From positions 48,186,464 to 48,250,463 of the forward strand of contig NC_043011.1 of NCBI RefSeq assembly GCF_006345805.1: DNA of 64,000 nt. The letters are read 5' to 3'. Positions 38,414 to 50,854 of the stretch are shown piece by piece. The notes under the pieces were generated by a model. The model did not search any database and had not been told where the DNA came from. It saw nothing but the letters and a program-made list of their open reading frames with translations. Within the stretch, counting starts at the first letter, position 1, and each line of letters begins with the position of its first letter. A program made the translations under genes and the position numbers. The DNA is from Octopus sinensis. Taxonomy: Eukaryota.

Positions 38414-39980
38414 TAATAATAATGATAATTTTTTGTTGCACATATGTCCCTATTGAATGTCTTCCCCACAACCTATCATCCTAATACACCCTCTCTCATT
38501 TTTTTTTCTTTCTCTCTTCCTCTCTCCAGTCTCTTCCCATCTCAGACATCTATGTTTCTCCTCCAATGCAAGGTGTCATTTTTCTGTCCATCAATACTAC
38601 TCCCCACCTCAGTTGAGGTGTCATTTCTAGCAGGTCGCTTCGTGACATCACTAATGCTGGTACCATTTAAAGCGCACCCATCATACTCTGTAAAAGGATT
38701 TGATGTTAGCAAGGGCATCCATCTGTAGAAAACCTTGCCAAAGTAGACAGCATGGCTCAGTGCAGTCTTCTGACTTATCAGTTCCTGTTGGACTGTCCAA
38801 CCATGCCAGCATAGAAAACAGACATTAAATGATGATGCTCTTGCTACAAGGCCAACAGTTTTGAGGAGAAGATTTCGTTGATACTTACATCAACAGCAGT
38901 AGTTGACTGCTCCTTTATTTTAATATTATAGAGGATTTATAGGAGTATTTATATTATTTTAATTTCCCCATTTTATTCCAGAATCCCAAACACATGATAA
39001 GATCTCCTCTGTGATAACCCAAGTGATTTGCCCAATTTGCCAGTACTTAAACCAGTCTTGAAAGCATAGTATCTATATAGACATTTATCTGCTTGCTCAT
39101 AAGCACATGTCATCCTCTCCATCACTCAGACATGCCTGGCGCCCACCAGTTACAGCCTCATATGTTCACAGAAACATAAACTCAAAATGTATGTATATAT
39201 TTTTATGTAGCTGTTATACTTAATTCTATTGACTGCTTGATTTATCATGCCACAGCCATAGAACGGTGATTACCACTTTATGTCTGATACTGAATTCTGA
39301 TATCATTCTTTATGAAAGAACTGTCATTGTTAGGTAGACACACAAAGCAGTAGTTTCAGATAATGAATACTCACATGGTTTATATGTATGTGTCTGTAGG
39401 AACACTGTCGGCATTCAAAGTAGAACAGACAGAGACAGAGAGAGACACAAAAACCAATACCATTCAGTATAACTATTGAGTTATATTTCTATATTTGATA
39501 TAGAAGCTAACATATTCAATACTGTGAGTCCATTACAAATGCTTATTTAAACATAACAATGAAGGGAAGAATCATTAATTTTAATGACAATAATTTATCT
39601 TGAAAGTTAAGATAGATAATTCTGAAATGCAAATTCATTAAGAAATGAAAATAAGCTTGTTATAATGAGTAAGCTTAAATCTTTAACATTTAAATCAGCC
39701 ATTGGTGGCCTAAATATTCTACCTATTTTGTGTTCAAATTAGCCTGATCTAGCCTTTCACACCAACTCTGCAATGTCATTGATAAAAATAAAGAATTACA
39801 TCATCAAACTCTCAAAACTATGAGATAATACATAACTAATTGAAAACCATGTGAAAATAATATCTCTTATATTCAACAAGTAATCTGAATGCTATTTGTT
39901 ATGAGTGAGCTGATAATTCTAGACATGTTTTGGTGTTATTAGACTTCCTCAGCAAATCATTACCTGAGTCGTTATTATGA

Positions 39981-40303
39981 AGGCCTGTGACTTAGCGGTT
40001 AGGGCATTCAGTTCACGATTGTAAGATTGTGAGTTTGATTCTCAGCTACATGTTGTCTCCTAGAGCAAGACACTTTATCTCACATTACTCCAGTTTATGT
40101 TAGCTGGCAAAAATATATAGCTCCTGTAATTCAAAAGGGCCAGCTTCATCACATTCTGTGTCATTCTGAATCTCCATGTGAACTACAAAATGAGTACACA
40201 TGTCTGTGGAGTACTCAACCACTTGCAGGTTAATTTCATAAGTGGGCTGTTCCAATGACCTAATCAACTGCAACCCTCAACATCATAACTGACAGAGTGC
40301 CAG
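39981..40303 (+). mobile_element. SINE family G
   Basis: Aligns with 28405-28722. Confidence 0.8.
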
Positions 40304-40571
40304 TTACTAATAATTACCAAATATTAAAATAAATGAGGGGATTAAAATTTCATTGGTAGCTTCGTTTCACCATACATTTTCATCAATTCACCTATTTTCG
40401 ATATCTGGTAACAAAGATCAGACCACCACCACCACCACCACCACCTCCCTTTATACCAACATTCAATTTTAGTTTATTTACTTTTGTGTTGTTAAGCTTC
40501 CCAGAACTAACCATTAACCATTATGGTAATAGAATTTTCTTCTCATTCTGGGTATATGTGCACTTAATGTA

Positions 40572-41134
40572 TTGGGTTGTCCAGAAAGTTCATGCTGATT
40601 TTTAAAGGGAAAAAAAAGGGTCAATAAATACTTGTCATTACATTTTTAATCAATTTATACGAAAAATTTTGTTGCACAATGCGTCTCCATCTTTCCTTTA
40701 ACTTGAAAATACCCTCTTCCTAGAATTGAGGTGGTTTCATGGCAAAGAATTCATCAAGGTATCTTTTTACGTCAACCAAGGAATTGAAATTTTTACTATT
40801 AAGACTATTCTGCAGAGACCTGAATAAGTGGAAATCTGAAGGAGCAATATCTGGTGAATATGGAGGGTGAGGTAACACATCCCAGCCGAGCTGCAGCAAT
40901 TTTTGTCTGGTTCCCAAAGCATCAAATGCCGAAAATTAACTTTCTTATTTTCCATCTTAAAGGGTTACAGAATTAACACAGGTTATAGGAACATAAACCT
41001 TCTTCTAAGGAAAGATAGCTTAAATTGTGCTCTAAATGGAGGTGTAGTCACATCTTATATTATGGACTCAATGTTCTAAAATAAGTTGAAATATAAGCTA
41101 CTATAAATCGGCACAAACTTCCCGGACAACCCAA
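40572..41134 (-). mobile_element. Internally deleted mellifera-type mariner, copy 3
   Basis: TA TSD on both sides, TIRs present; ORFs 40720-40917 (PHPPYSPDIAPSDFHLF) and 40767-40955 (MENKKVNFRHLML). Confidence 0.95.
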
Positions 41135-41197
41135 TATTTTGACTGATTACACGAACAGTAATATTTTGGCTATATGATCATCGTTTGTTGTCTATAG

Positions 41198-41282
41198 GTC
41201 ATATGTTTAAGTACAGTATTAAATTTAGGCCAACGTGATTTAGCAAAATTGGTAGCTGATATAATAGCTCCAATGTGGTGGG
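41198..41282 (+). CDS. Candidate exon
   Basis: Acceptor TCGTTTGTTGTCTATAG|G, single open frame VICLSTVLNLGQRDLAKLVADIIAPMWW, possible donor G|GTGAAT, otherwise ending GESSR*. No homology recognised. Confidence 0.3.
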
Positions 41283-41391
41283 GTGAATCTTCAAGATGAC
41301 ACAATAATATCTGGGTTACCTTTACTCTTTTTGATTCAGGTTTTATGTAAAAAATGCCAATAATTAACATGCAAAGATACAGGTAAATATC

Positions 41392-41540
41392 TACATTATT
41401 TACATTATTTACATTTGATGGATATTTGTCCTCATCTTGTTTTTTGTTAACACAACGTTTCGGCTGATATATCCTCCAGCCTTCATCAGGTGTCTTTCTT
41501 GGGGAAATTTAAAACCTAGGTTCTCATTCCTAAGATAGTT
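41392..41540 (-). mobile_element. Penelope-like terminal sequence carrying a hammerhead, with (AAATAATGT)n tail and adjacent (AAT)n
   Basis: Same family as 23942-24187. The PLE origin is inferred from the embedded minimal hammerhead; no RT or endonuclease ORF is present. Confidence 0.7.
41449..41494 (-). ncRNA. Apparently intact minimal type I hammerhead ribozyme
   Basis: 5'-GACAC CUGAUGA A GGCUG gaggauauau CAGCC GAA ACGU U / GUGUU-3': 5-bp stem I, full catalytic core, 5-bp stem II, loopless palindromic helix III (ACGU) and a GUU cleavage triplet. Confidence 0.8.
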
Positions 41541-41564
41541 TTCGATGTTATTGTTATTATCATA

Positions 41565-41630
<66 letters not shown>

Positions 41631-42524
41631 ACCTTGTGCCTCGAAGGATTATTATTAATATTTTTATTATAATTAGTTTGATAATCATTATACCATTTGA
41701 AAAAAAAAAAAATCAAACTGAACATTTAAACGAAGCTAAAGATAACAGCAGTCTCACTGTTTCCACAGAAATATAATGGTGATTAATCTTTCTTTCTCCC
41801 TCTCTATAAGACTTAAAACCAAAAATATGCCATTGCTTATTAGCTACAAATTCTTATTAAGACGAATTTGATTTTGTATACATGTAAATCTTCCGGCAAA
41901 GCAATCGGATTAAAACAGTCTTAAGGGTGAAACAACAACAAACTTCAGTTTTAAACCTGAGGAATTAATCTGCTAAATTTGACAGTAATCTCATTTATGA
42001 CATGGAATATGGTTTTTGGATTATGTTAGTTTTTCTTTTTATTTTAATTTCACAATGATGGAAACCTGCTGGCGCATTCTGCCTCCTTATTTGAAGTATA
42101 TGTAATAAACTGATATTTGGCATAACTCATCATCGTCGTCGTCGTCGTCATCATCATCATCATCAGCATCATCATCATCTTCATCATCATCATTACCTCT
42201 TTCATATTCGTCTTTTTTCTTAAGTGAATAACTGATATTGTAATTTGATTTCAAGTATTGTAATACATTGATATATGCCATTCATCGTAAAATTACGTGT
42301 AAGCATAATGCAAGCAAAATCCAATGTGTGTGTGTTTTATGTACATATGCACACATATATACACATATGAACATGTGTATGTATGTATACATATGTATCT
42401 GTGTGTATGGTCATGTGTGTGCGTATACATGCATGTACTATAACATACTCTCATGCACACATTCACATCTATGTAATATATCAATCTATCTATCTATCTA
42501 TCTATCTATTTATCTATATTTATA

Positions 42525-42557
<33 letters not shown>

Positions 42558-42885
42558 ATACATGTATACATATATGTATGTATGTATGTATGTTTATGTA
42601 AATGCAAATATACTGAAATAAACAGATATATGTATGATATATGAAGACATATACAACAAGGCACAAGCATACAGATGTTCACAGTGCTTAGGGAAATAAG
42701 CTAAATATGAAATAGTTGATAAATATAAATATTCCTTTTTCACTCTTAAAACACAGATAACATTGAGTTAGTCTTGTAATCCTATAAATGTTGTTATTCT
42801 GAAAGTTAAATCCATTTAAAGCCAAACCCCTTTGAAACACAATAGCTCTACATAGATTACCCGCACACATTTATAATATATATAT

Positions 42886-43365
42886 AGGCACAGGCATGGC
42901 TATGTGATAAGACACACACTTGACATCGCTTGACAACTGATGCTGGTGTGTTTACATCTCCGTAACTTAGTGGTTTGGAAAAAGAGACTGATAGAATAAG
43001 TACTAGGCTTACAAAGAATGCAGAGGTGCAATGGCCCAGTGGTTAGGGCAGTTGACTCGCCGTCAGAGGATCGCGGTTTCGATTCTCAGACCGGGTGTTG
43101 TGTGTTTTTATTGAGCGAAAACACCTAAAAGCTCCATGAGGCTCCGGCAAGTGGTGGTGGTGACCCCCTGTTGTACTCTTTCGCTACAACTTTCTCTCAC
43201 TCTCTCTTCCTGTTTCTTGATGGACTGGCTTCCCGTCCAGCTGGGAGGAACAGATACACCACAGAAACTGGGAAACTGGGCCCATGGGCCTGGCTATGCT
43301 TGAAAAAAGTGACGTTTTACAAAGAATAAGCCCTGGGGTAGATTTGTTCAACTAGAGGCGGTGCT
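42886..43365 (+). mobile_element. Deleted family A SINE interrupted by a family B SINE
   Basis: The A body breaks at GGCTTACAAAGAAT and resumes TTACAAAGAATAAGCCCTGGGG. Confidence 0.85.
43020..43316 (+). mobile_element. Family B SINE, tail type 1, with an 11-bp TSD
   Basis: TTACAAAGAAT occurs at both 43009-43019 and 43317-43327. Confidence 0.92.
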
Positions 43366-43366
43366 G

Positions 43367-43693
43367 GATATGCAGGGATATTGCATCTGTAGATCCAGTA
43401 TTAAGGCAGATTAGTATGCATATAAGATTTCTGTAACTTGTGAGTAAATTCCAATAGTATTTAAAATTGGTCATTCCAAGCATGGAGTTTGTAAACGGTG
43501 TTATTGAATCTAGGGTTTTATTTAAAGTTTAGATAGCAGTGTTATTTAGATTCAATAACACCGTTTTCAAACTCTCTGCTTGGAATGACCCAATTTTAAA
43601 TACTATTGGAACTCACCCACAAAGTACAGGAATCTTATATGTATACTACTCTGCCTAAATAATGGAACTACAGGTGCAATATCTCTGCATATC
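43367..43693. mobile_element. Fold-back element with arms of about 146 bp
   Basis: 43367-43512 is the reverse complement (with mismatches) of 43547-43693, around a 34-nt loop. Confidence 0.9.
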
Positions 43694-43776
43694 ACATGTC
43701 TATTTTCATTCCTCCATTTCACTCTCTATTTCATTACTTATCTGGAGTAACTATTGCTTAACCATTTTCTCACGCT

Positions 43777-43824
43777 GTCTCCGATGTAGGGATATATAAA
43801 ATATCCTGGAAACAGCTGTAAGAC
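43777..43824 (+). ncRNA. Hammerhead-like motif with a variant or degenerate core
   Basis: GTCT-CCGATGT-A-GGGATAT-ATAAA-ATATCCT-G-GAA-ACAGCTGT-A-AGAC: 4-bp stem I, 7-bp stem II, palindromic helix III and a GUA triplet; the core has U4C and A9U changes. Confidence 0.6.
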
Positions 43825-44033
43825 CTATTTATAAATGTTCTGAAATCTTCCACAGCCTTGGATATTTATCTCATTCTGAAAATTTTATATATACACATGC
43901 TAATATATGACCTACGTTGGACTCCTCATTTGCATAATCACCAAACCTGAAGCTTAACTATAGTCTGTCCATAGCACTCACTCAGCATTACCTGATGTGT
44001 TTGGGTCTTCTTCACACCATTACCTCTCATAAA

Positions 44034-44088
<55 letters not shown>

Positions 44089-44232
44089 ATATATATGTAT
44101 ATATGTAAAAAAATACAAACTGGGACAAGAACGCGAAACATTTAGAAGACGATACAAAAAACATGGACGGGACATTCGAAGCCTTCAATCTTCAGTCAAG
44201 AACCGGATCATCCTCACAATTTCGGCTGATTA

Positions 44233-44271
<39 letters not shown>

Positions 44272-44760
44272 GAAAGAGAGAAGAAGACAGAGATGAAAGA
44301 GGATAGGAGGGAGGGAGAGAGATCCATACGTTAAATGTAGGCATGACACTGTGATTAAAAAGTCTGTTGTGGAACAAAAAAACTGAGGTTTAGTTGCACT
44401 GCACAGCAAATGTATTCTACTACACCTACAGGCTAACCCCTGGCCTGAGAGTAAATCTTAGCTACAAACTAGCAATATATATATATGCACACATTGCATA
44501 TAGAGAGACAAAGCATATGAGAGAGAGAAAGAGAGACAGGTAGACAGACAGACTTGGCATAAATGATGGAGCTGAGAGAGGTCTTGAAATTTGCTTGTAG
44601 TGCATGAGATTTTGGGAAATTACTGAACTGAACGATGCTTGGAAAGACAATGTGAAATGACTCTTGAAAGGAATAGAATGAGTGAAGCCAGCAAGGAACA
44701 AATGCTGTTTATTCCATTCCATCAGGCTTACAGAATATTTCCTGAGTCTACTATACGCAT

Positions 44761-45145
44761 CTCTTTTTACTTGTTTCAGTCATTTGACTGCGGCCATGCT
44801 GGAGCACCACCTTTAGTCGAGCAAATCGACCCCAGGACTTATTCTTTTTGTAAGCCCAGTACTTATTCTATCGGTCTCTTTTGCCGAACCGCTAAGTGAC
44901 GGGGACGTAAACACACCAGCATCGGTTGTCAAGCAATGCTAGGGGAACAAACACACACACTTATATATATATATACATATATACGACAGGCTTCTTTCAG
45001 TTTCCGTCTACCAAATCCACTCACAAGGCATTGGTCGGCCCGGGGCTATAGCAGAAGACACTTGCCCAAGATGCCACGCGGTGGGACTGAACCCGGAACC
45101 ATGTGGTTGGTTAGCAAGCTCCTTACCACACAGCCACTCCTGCGC
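44761..45145 (-). mobile_element. SINE family A, young copy
   Basis: Aligns with 19716-20134. Confidence 0.92.
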
Positions 45146-45688
45146 ATGAATGGTTTTTAACAAAATGGGGGAAAAGAATATTCTTGCTGGATTATGAATA
45201 AGTAAACCAAAGATAAAAATTTAAATACAAATAAATAAAATATTATTATCCAGCTACGTTAACAAGGAAATTACATGTAAAACAAACGCAAAACATGGAA
45301 TCTCGTCTCAGCACAGAATGGGAACTGAATATACAGGAGGAAATTTGAAACTCTACAGAAACTAAAGGTAGAAATGTCTTGTAGTGAATCAGGAGAGATG
45401 TACTGTACTTGTAGGAAGGTTATGTAAATATAGTAGTCTATGTTTAGGTAGGGAATTTGATATCAGAAACAAAGGTTAAGTAGTGTGTTCTGATGCTACA
45501 AACAGAGAAATGAGTGAATGAGGGAAACCTGTTTGTAGTTGCTTAAAATGCTAGAAATATCAGCCAAATCTCCCTCTAAACCATACACCGCTGCCTTAAA
45601 GGAAAGGGAAGATATTGGATAATGCAATCCTAGGCACATCATGTCAGAAAAAAAGAAAGAAAGATAGGATGGTAATAGCTAGAATATC

Positions 45689-46357
45689 TATTTTCTTTAC
45701 TACCCACAAGGGGCTAAACACAGAGAGAGCAAACAAGGACAGACAAACGGATTAGGTCGATTATATCAACCCCAGTGCGTAACTGGTACTTATTTAATCG
45801 ACCCCGAAAGGATGAAAAGCAAAGTCAACCTCAGCGGAATGTGAACTCAGAACGTAGTGGCAGACGAAATTGCTATTTCTTTACTACCCACAAGGGGCTA
45901 AATACAGAAAAGACAAACAAGGACAGACAAATGGATTGAGTCGATTATATCGACCCCAGTGCTTAACTGGTAATTATTTAATCAACTCCAAAAGGATGAA
46001 AGGCAAAGTCGACTTCGGTGGAATTTGAACTCAGAACATAACGTCAGACGAAATACCGCTAAGCAGTTCATCCAGCGTGCTAATGATTCTGCCAGCTTGC
46101 CACCTTAGGTAATAGCTAGAATACCTATTTCTTTATTACCCACAAGGGGCTAAACATAGAGGAGACAAACATGGACAGACATAGGTATTAAGTCGATTAT
46201 ATCGACCCCAGTGCTTAACTGGTACTTAATTTATCGACCCTGAAAGGATGAAAGGCAAAGTCGACCTCGGCAGAATTTGAACTCAGAATGTAACGGCAGA
46301 CGAAATATGGCTACGCATTTCGCCCGGCTTGCTAATGATTCTCCCAGCTCGCCACCT
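45689..46357 (-). mobile_element. Three tandem family D SINE units separated by copies of the target sequence
   Basis: Units 45689-45873, 45874-46105 and 46126-46357; GGTAATAGCTAGAATA(T/C)C at 45671-45688 and 46108-46125, with a variant at 46360-46378. Confidence 0.88.
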
Positions 46358-47038
46358 TAGGTAATAAGCTAAAATACCATTGACTAAAATTTTAATCAAG
46401 ACTAACCGGGGACTAAGCAACAACAACAACAAAAAAACAAAAAAAGAAGGGTGAATCGGAGAATGACAACCTAGATACAAAATGGCTGAAAGGCAGGAGA
46501 CGGAACATAAAACGGATACAGCTTGGACATCTTTGATCATAGGTTTGCTCAATTAAAGCGATGATTAATATTATCTTCCGCTGATTGGCAGCTTGTGATT
46601 TTTACATTCAGTGAACTGCATTGAAAGTTAAACATAAAAATCCATTTTCAGAACAGTGTAGGTGGATAAAACTACAAATGGTATATTGTGAATGAGATAA
46701 AACCACAAATAGTTGAAAGGCATACAACACTTATATGCACGGCCTTCCACTTTCTAGTTATGGTCTTATCACTCTAATGACTGTTTGAACTTTATAATGA
46801 TCACTCTTAGTTTATAATTAAAGCCTCACTTATTATCTGCACTGCTGTAACCTTCTTCAAACTCATTAGAGAATTAGAGTTGCACTGTTGAAATTCACCA
46901 AAAGTACACCTGATCTCTCTACATTATTTTTTCAATGATATACTATTCTATGTACTGTTTGTGAACTTTTGGCTATGCTTTCTTATGCCTAGTAGTGCAC
47001 ATGAACACTGTATAAAACAATTTTCATTATTATATTGA

Positions 47039-47368
47039 AGGTGCATGGCCCAATGGTTAGATTGTCGAGCTTACGATCATGAGGCTGTGAGTTCGAATCC
47101 CGGATTGGGCTGTGTGTTGTGTTTTTGAGCAAGACACTTTACTTCACGTTGCTCAAGTTCACTCAGCTGTAGAAATGAGTTACGACATCACAGGTGCCAA
47201 GCTGTATCATCCTTTGCCTTTCCCTTGGATAACACTGGTGGTGTGGAGAGGGGAGGCTGGTATGCATGGGCGACTGCTGGTCTTCCACAAACAACCTTGC
47301 CTAGACTTGTGCCTGGGAGGGTAACTTTCTAGGTGCAATCCCACAGTCAGTCATGATCAAAAGGGGTC
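47039..47368 (+). mobile_element. SINE family F
   Basis: Aligns with 5341-5672. Confidence 0.85.
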
Positions 47369-47723
47369 TCAACAATTGATGTTCATATAGCTTATAGAAA
47401 TTATCTGAATATTTGCTGTTATATTTGTGAAGTGTAAGGTTGAGGGCTCAATATCTTTGCAGGGTCTATGAAATTGGTCAGAACAATACAGTAAATTTTC
47501 AATTTTCAATAGTTAACATTTTCTGGAAAATGCTGAGTGAAGAGAGAATTTGAGTTGATGTTCTGGGAAGGAAATCCTGGGGAAAAATTGTTAATGGTTT
47601 GCTTTTGAGTGAAACATAGTAGAGGTAATGAGAAGAAGGAAGATGGCTGTGTCAGCTGAAGACAGAATGGAATTTGTTAGTTTAAAGGACATTGTAACAA
47701 TGACAGAATAGGCACAAAACAAA

Positions 47724-47917
47724 GGTGGTGAGCTAGTGAAATGCTTAGCAGTATTTCGTTTGCCTCCATGTTCAAATTTCACTGAGGTCGCCTTTGCCTT
47801 TCATCCTTTCGGTAGATTAAGTACCAGTTACGCACTGGAGTCGTTGTAATCGACTTAATCCCTTTGTCTGTCTTTGTTTGTCCTCTCTATGTTTAGCCCC
47901 TTGTGAGCAAAAAATAA
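47724..47917 (+). mobile_element. Family D SINE with internal deletions and an 18-bp TSD
   Basis: GAATAGGCACAAAACAAA (47706-47723) versus GAATAGATACAAAACAGA (47918-47935). Confidence 0.85.
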
Positions 47918-48303
47918 GAATAGATACAAAACAGAGACACTGTGTTAGTATACCAGAGATTAAAATCTATGGTACTTTATAACTTGGAGAACTGAAGGTA
48001 TGTATCCTTGTGATTAGAGTGAATTACAGCCCAAGTGTTCTTTTGCAACTCATGTCAGAAATATTTTGTGAATTATACTAACATCATTTTTAGTCTTTTA
48101 TTGGACATTTCAATGTCTTAATGACATTTCATCTGTCTTTACATTCTGTATTTAAGTTCTGCCGAAATCAACTTTGCCTTTCATCCTTTGGGGATTTCAT
48201 GAAATAAGTACCATTTGGACACTGGGGTAAATGCAATCAAGTTACTCCCTACCCAAGAATTTCAGATCTGTGGCTGTTGTACAAAGGATTACTTTTTATT
48301 CTT

Positions 48304-48929
48304 TTAACCCTTTTGTTACCATATTTCTGTTGAGAAGCTCTGTCATCATCATCATCATCATCATCATCCTTTAATATCCGCTTTCCATGCTAGCATGAGT
48401 TGGACGATTTTGACTGAGGGCTGGCAAACCAGATGGCTGCACCAGGTTCCAGTCTGATCTGGCAGTGTTTCTACAGCTGGATGCCCTTCCTAATGCCAAC
48501 CACTCCGAGAGTGTAGTGGGTGCTTTTTATGTGCCACCGGCATGGGGGCCAGTCAGGCGGTACTGGCAATGATCTCGCTTGAATCTTTTTACACATGCCA
48601 CTGGCACAGGTGCCAGTAAAGTGATGCTCATAATGATCACGCTCGAATGGGGCCTTTTATGTGCCACCGGCATGGAAGCCAGTTAGCCACTCTGGCAGCG
48701 ATCACACTCGGATGGTGCTCTTGGCACCCTACTAACACGGGCACTTTCAATTAATTTTAAATATAACAAAGAATTTAGTAAAATAACTTCGTTATCATTA
48801 AGTTAGTGCTAGGAACATAAATTGTGACTAAGGTTTGGTGGAAAATTTTAATTCAAAACTTATGAAAACTAGACAATGTTACTACAGAGTCAGAGGTGGT
48901 TTCAGGCGGATTGGTATCAAAAGGGTTAA
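48304..48929. mobile_element. piggyBac-type MITE family 1 interrupted by a family C SINE (about 48343-48744)
   Basis: TTAA-CCCTTTTGTTACC...GGTATCAAAAGGG-TTAA ends. Confidence 0.8.
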
Positions 48930-49296
48930 AATATTTCCACAACTTACAAACTACAATCCCAGATTCCCAAGCCTTTTGCAGTTTTGCAGTTTTGGATGAC
49001 TTCAGAAAGAAATGGAAGATTTCATACACTCACAAAAACAACAGCAGTTCTAAGGCATTTGGGGATAAAGAGATAGTATCTCTGATCTATTATGGCTGTC
49101 TTTGACCAATGAAATCAATATATGTTTACATTCATCTGGGAGTTTTGGTCAATATGATCATGGAACTGGTTTTCAGAAGATGAATAGCTTAAGGCTTGCT
49201 ACAATAGAATAAGATTACTGTTTTTATTGCTGTTTTATGGGAGGTGGAGGGGAGTGAGGAGAGGAGACAGGGATCACAAGCGTGGATTTACTTTGT

Positions 49297-49545
49297 TACT
49301 CTCCTTTACTCTTTTACTTGTTTCAGTCATTTGACTGCTGCCATGCTGGAGCACCGCCTTTAGTCAACCAAATCGACCCCAGGACTTATTCTTTGTAAGC
49401 CTAGTACTTATTCTATCAGTCTCTTTTGCCAAACCACTAAGTTACAGGGATGTAAACACACCAGCATCGGTTGTCAAGCGATGTTAGAGGGACAAACACA
49501 GACACACATAAACATATACACACACATACACATATATATACATAC

Positions 49546-49604
<59 letters not shown>

Positions 49605-49768
49605 TATACGACAGGCTTTTTTCAGTTTCCATCTACCAAATCCACTCGCAAGGTTTTGGTTGCCCTGAGGCTATAGTAGAAGACACTTGTCCAAGGTTCC
49701 ACGCAGTGGAACTGAAGCCGGAACCATGCAGTTTGTAAGCAAGCTACTTACCACACAGTCACTCCTAC
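49297..49768 (-). mobile_element. SINE family A, older CpG-decayed copy
   Basis: Aligns with young copies, with CG changed to CA/TG (e.g. CCAAACCACTAAGTTACAGGGATG versus CCGAACCGCTAAGTGACGGGGACG). Confidence 0.88.
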
Positions 49769-50190
49769 AGCTGTTAGTTCAGAGAATCAGCAAATTTTGT
49801 AGTAGCTGTAGAAGAGATCTATAACTGGGGAGCAATATATGGCAGGTTTGGCCCATGGTAATTGTGGCTTCAAATTTTGGCACAAGGCCAATAATTTCTG
49901 GGGAGAGAGTAAGTCAATTACGTAAACCCCATTACTTAACAGGTACCTGTTTTACTGAGCCCAAAACACTGAAAGGCAAAGTCTACCTCAGAGGAATTCA
50001 AACTCAGAATGTGAAGATATGAAATGCCATGCCACAAATCATTTTGTCTGATGTGCTAATGATTCTGACAGCTCAACACCTTGGCCCATTGAAAGTTTTT
50101 GGGTTTATTTATTCACCAATACACATGTTTCGTATATACACACATATTTATATATATATGTATGTATATATATATATATAATATATATAT

Positions 50191-50241
<51 letters not shown>

Positions 50242-50309
50242 GTATATAATTAAGAGACAAAACCTCTATTAATTAATTCAATTAATAGTGAAAGATTATA
50301 TACATATAT

Positions 50310-50343
<34 letters not shown>

Positions 50344-50483
50344 CCTTTATGCATGTATGTATGTATGTATTATATACATTTTACAGACAAGAAAATAAAT
50401 TTCAAAATGCAGTATAGTAATGATTGGAGCAGAAAGATTGGGCATTTTACCCTTGCAAAACTGGAAAAAAATTGCCACTAGAT

Positions 50484-50549
50484 GGCTATGGAACTCGAAC
50501 CCATATCCATAGATATCAGCTGAGTACCCTACCATTAAGATAAACAGCC
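50484..50549 (-). other. tRNA-like fragment (pseudogene or SINE head)
   Basis: Minus strand: GGCTG/TAGCC ends, T-arm ATGGG-TTCGAGT-TCCAT, degenerate anticodon arm, and a downstream T-run. Confidence 0.45.
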
Positions 50550-50658
50550 CACTGACAACAATTACCGTCAATTTTGATGCTAAATAATAAGACCTTTTGG
50601 AATGCAACAATATTTTATAAACAAACTTTGGAAGTGTCAAATGTGTTTGATATTTTAC

Positions 50659-50822
50659 AGGCGCAGGAGTGGCTGTGTGGTAAGTAGCTTGCTAACCAAC
50701 CACATGGTTGCGGGTTCAGTCCCACTGCGTGGCATCTTGGGCAAGTGTCTTCTGCTATAGCCCCAGGCCGACCAATGCCTTGTGAGTGGATTTGGTAGAC
50801 GGAAACTGAAAAGAAGCCCATC

Positions 50823-50854
<32 letters not shown>

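Noticed and set aside
41340-41382. Segment with a strong acceptor and CAG|GTAAAT donor
   Set aside because: It has stop codons in all three frames.
48979-49220. Protein-like open frames (VLDDFRKKWKISYTHK... and DSISDLLWLSLTNE...)
   Set aside because: No recognisable motif, no convincing donor, and the frames do not join; insufficient support.
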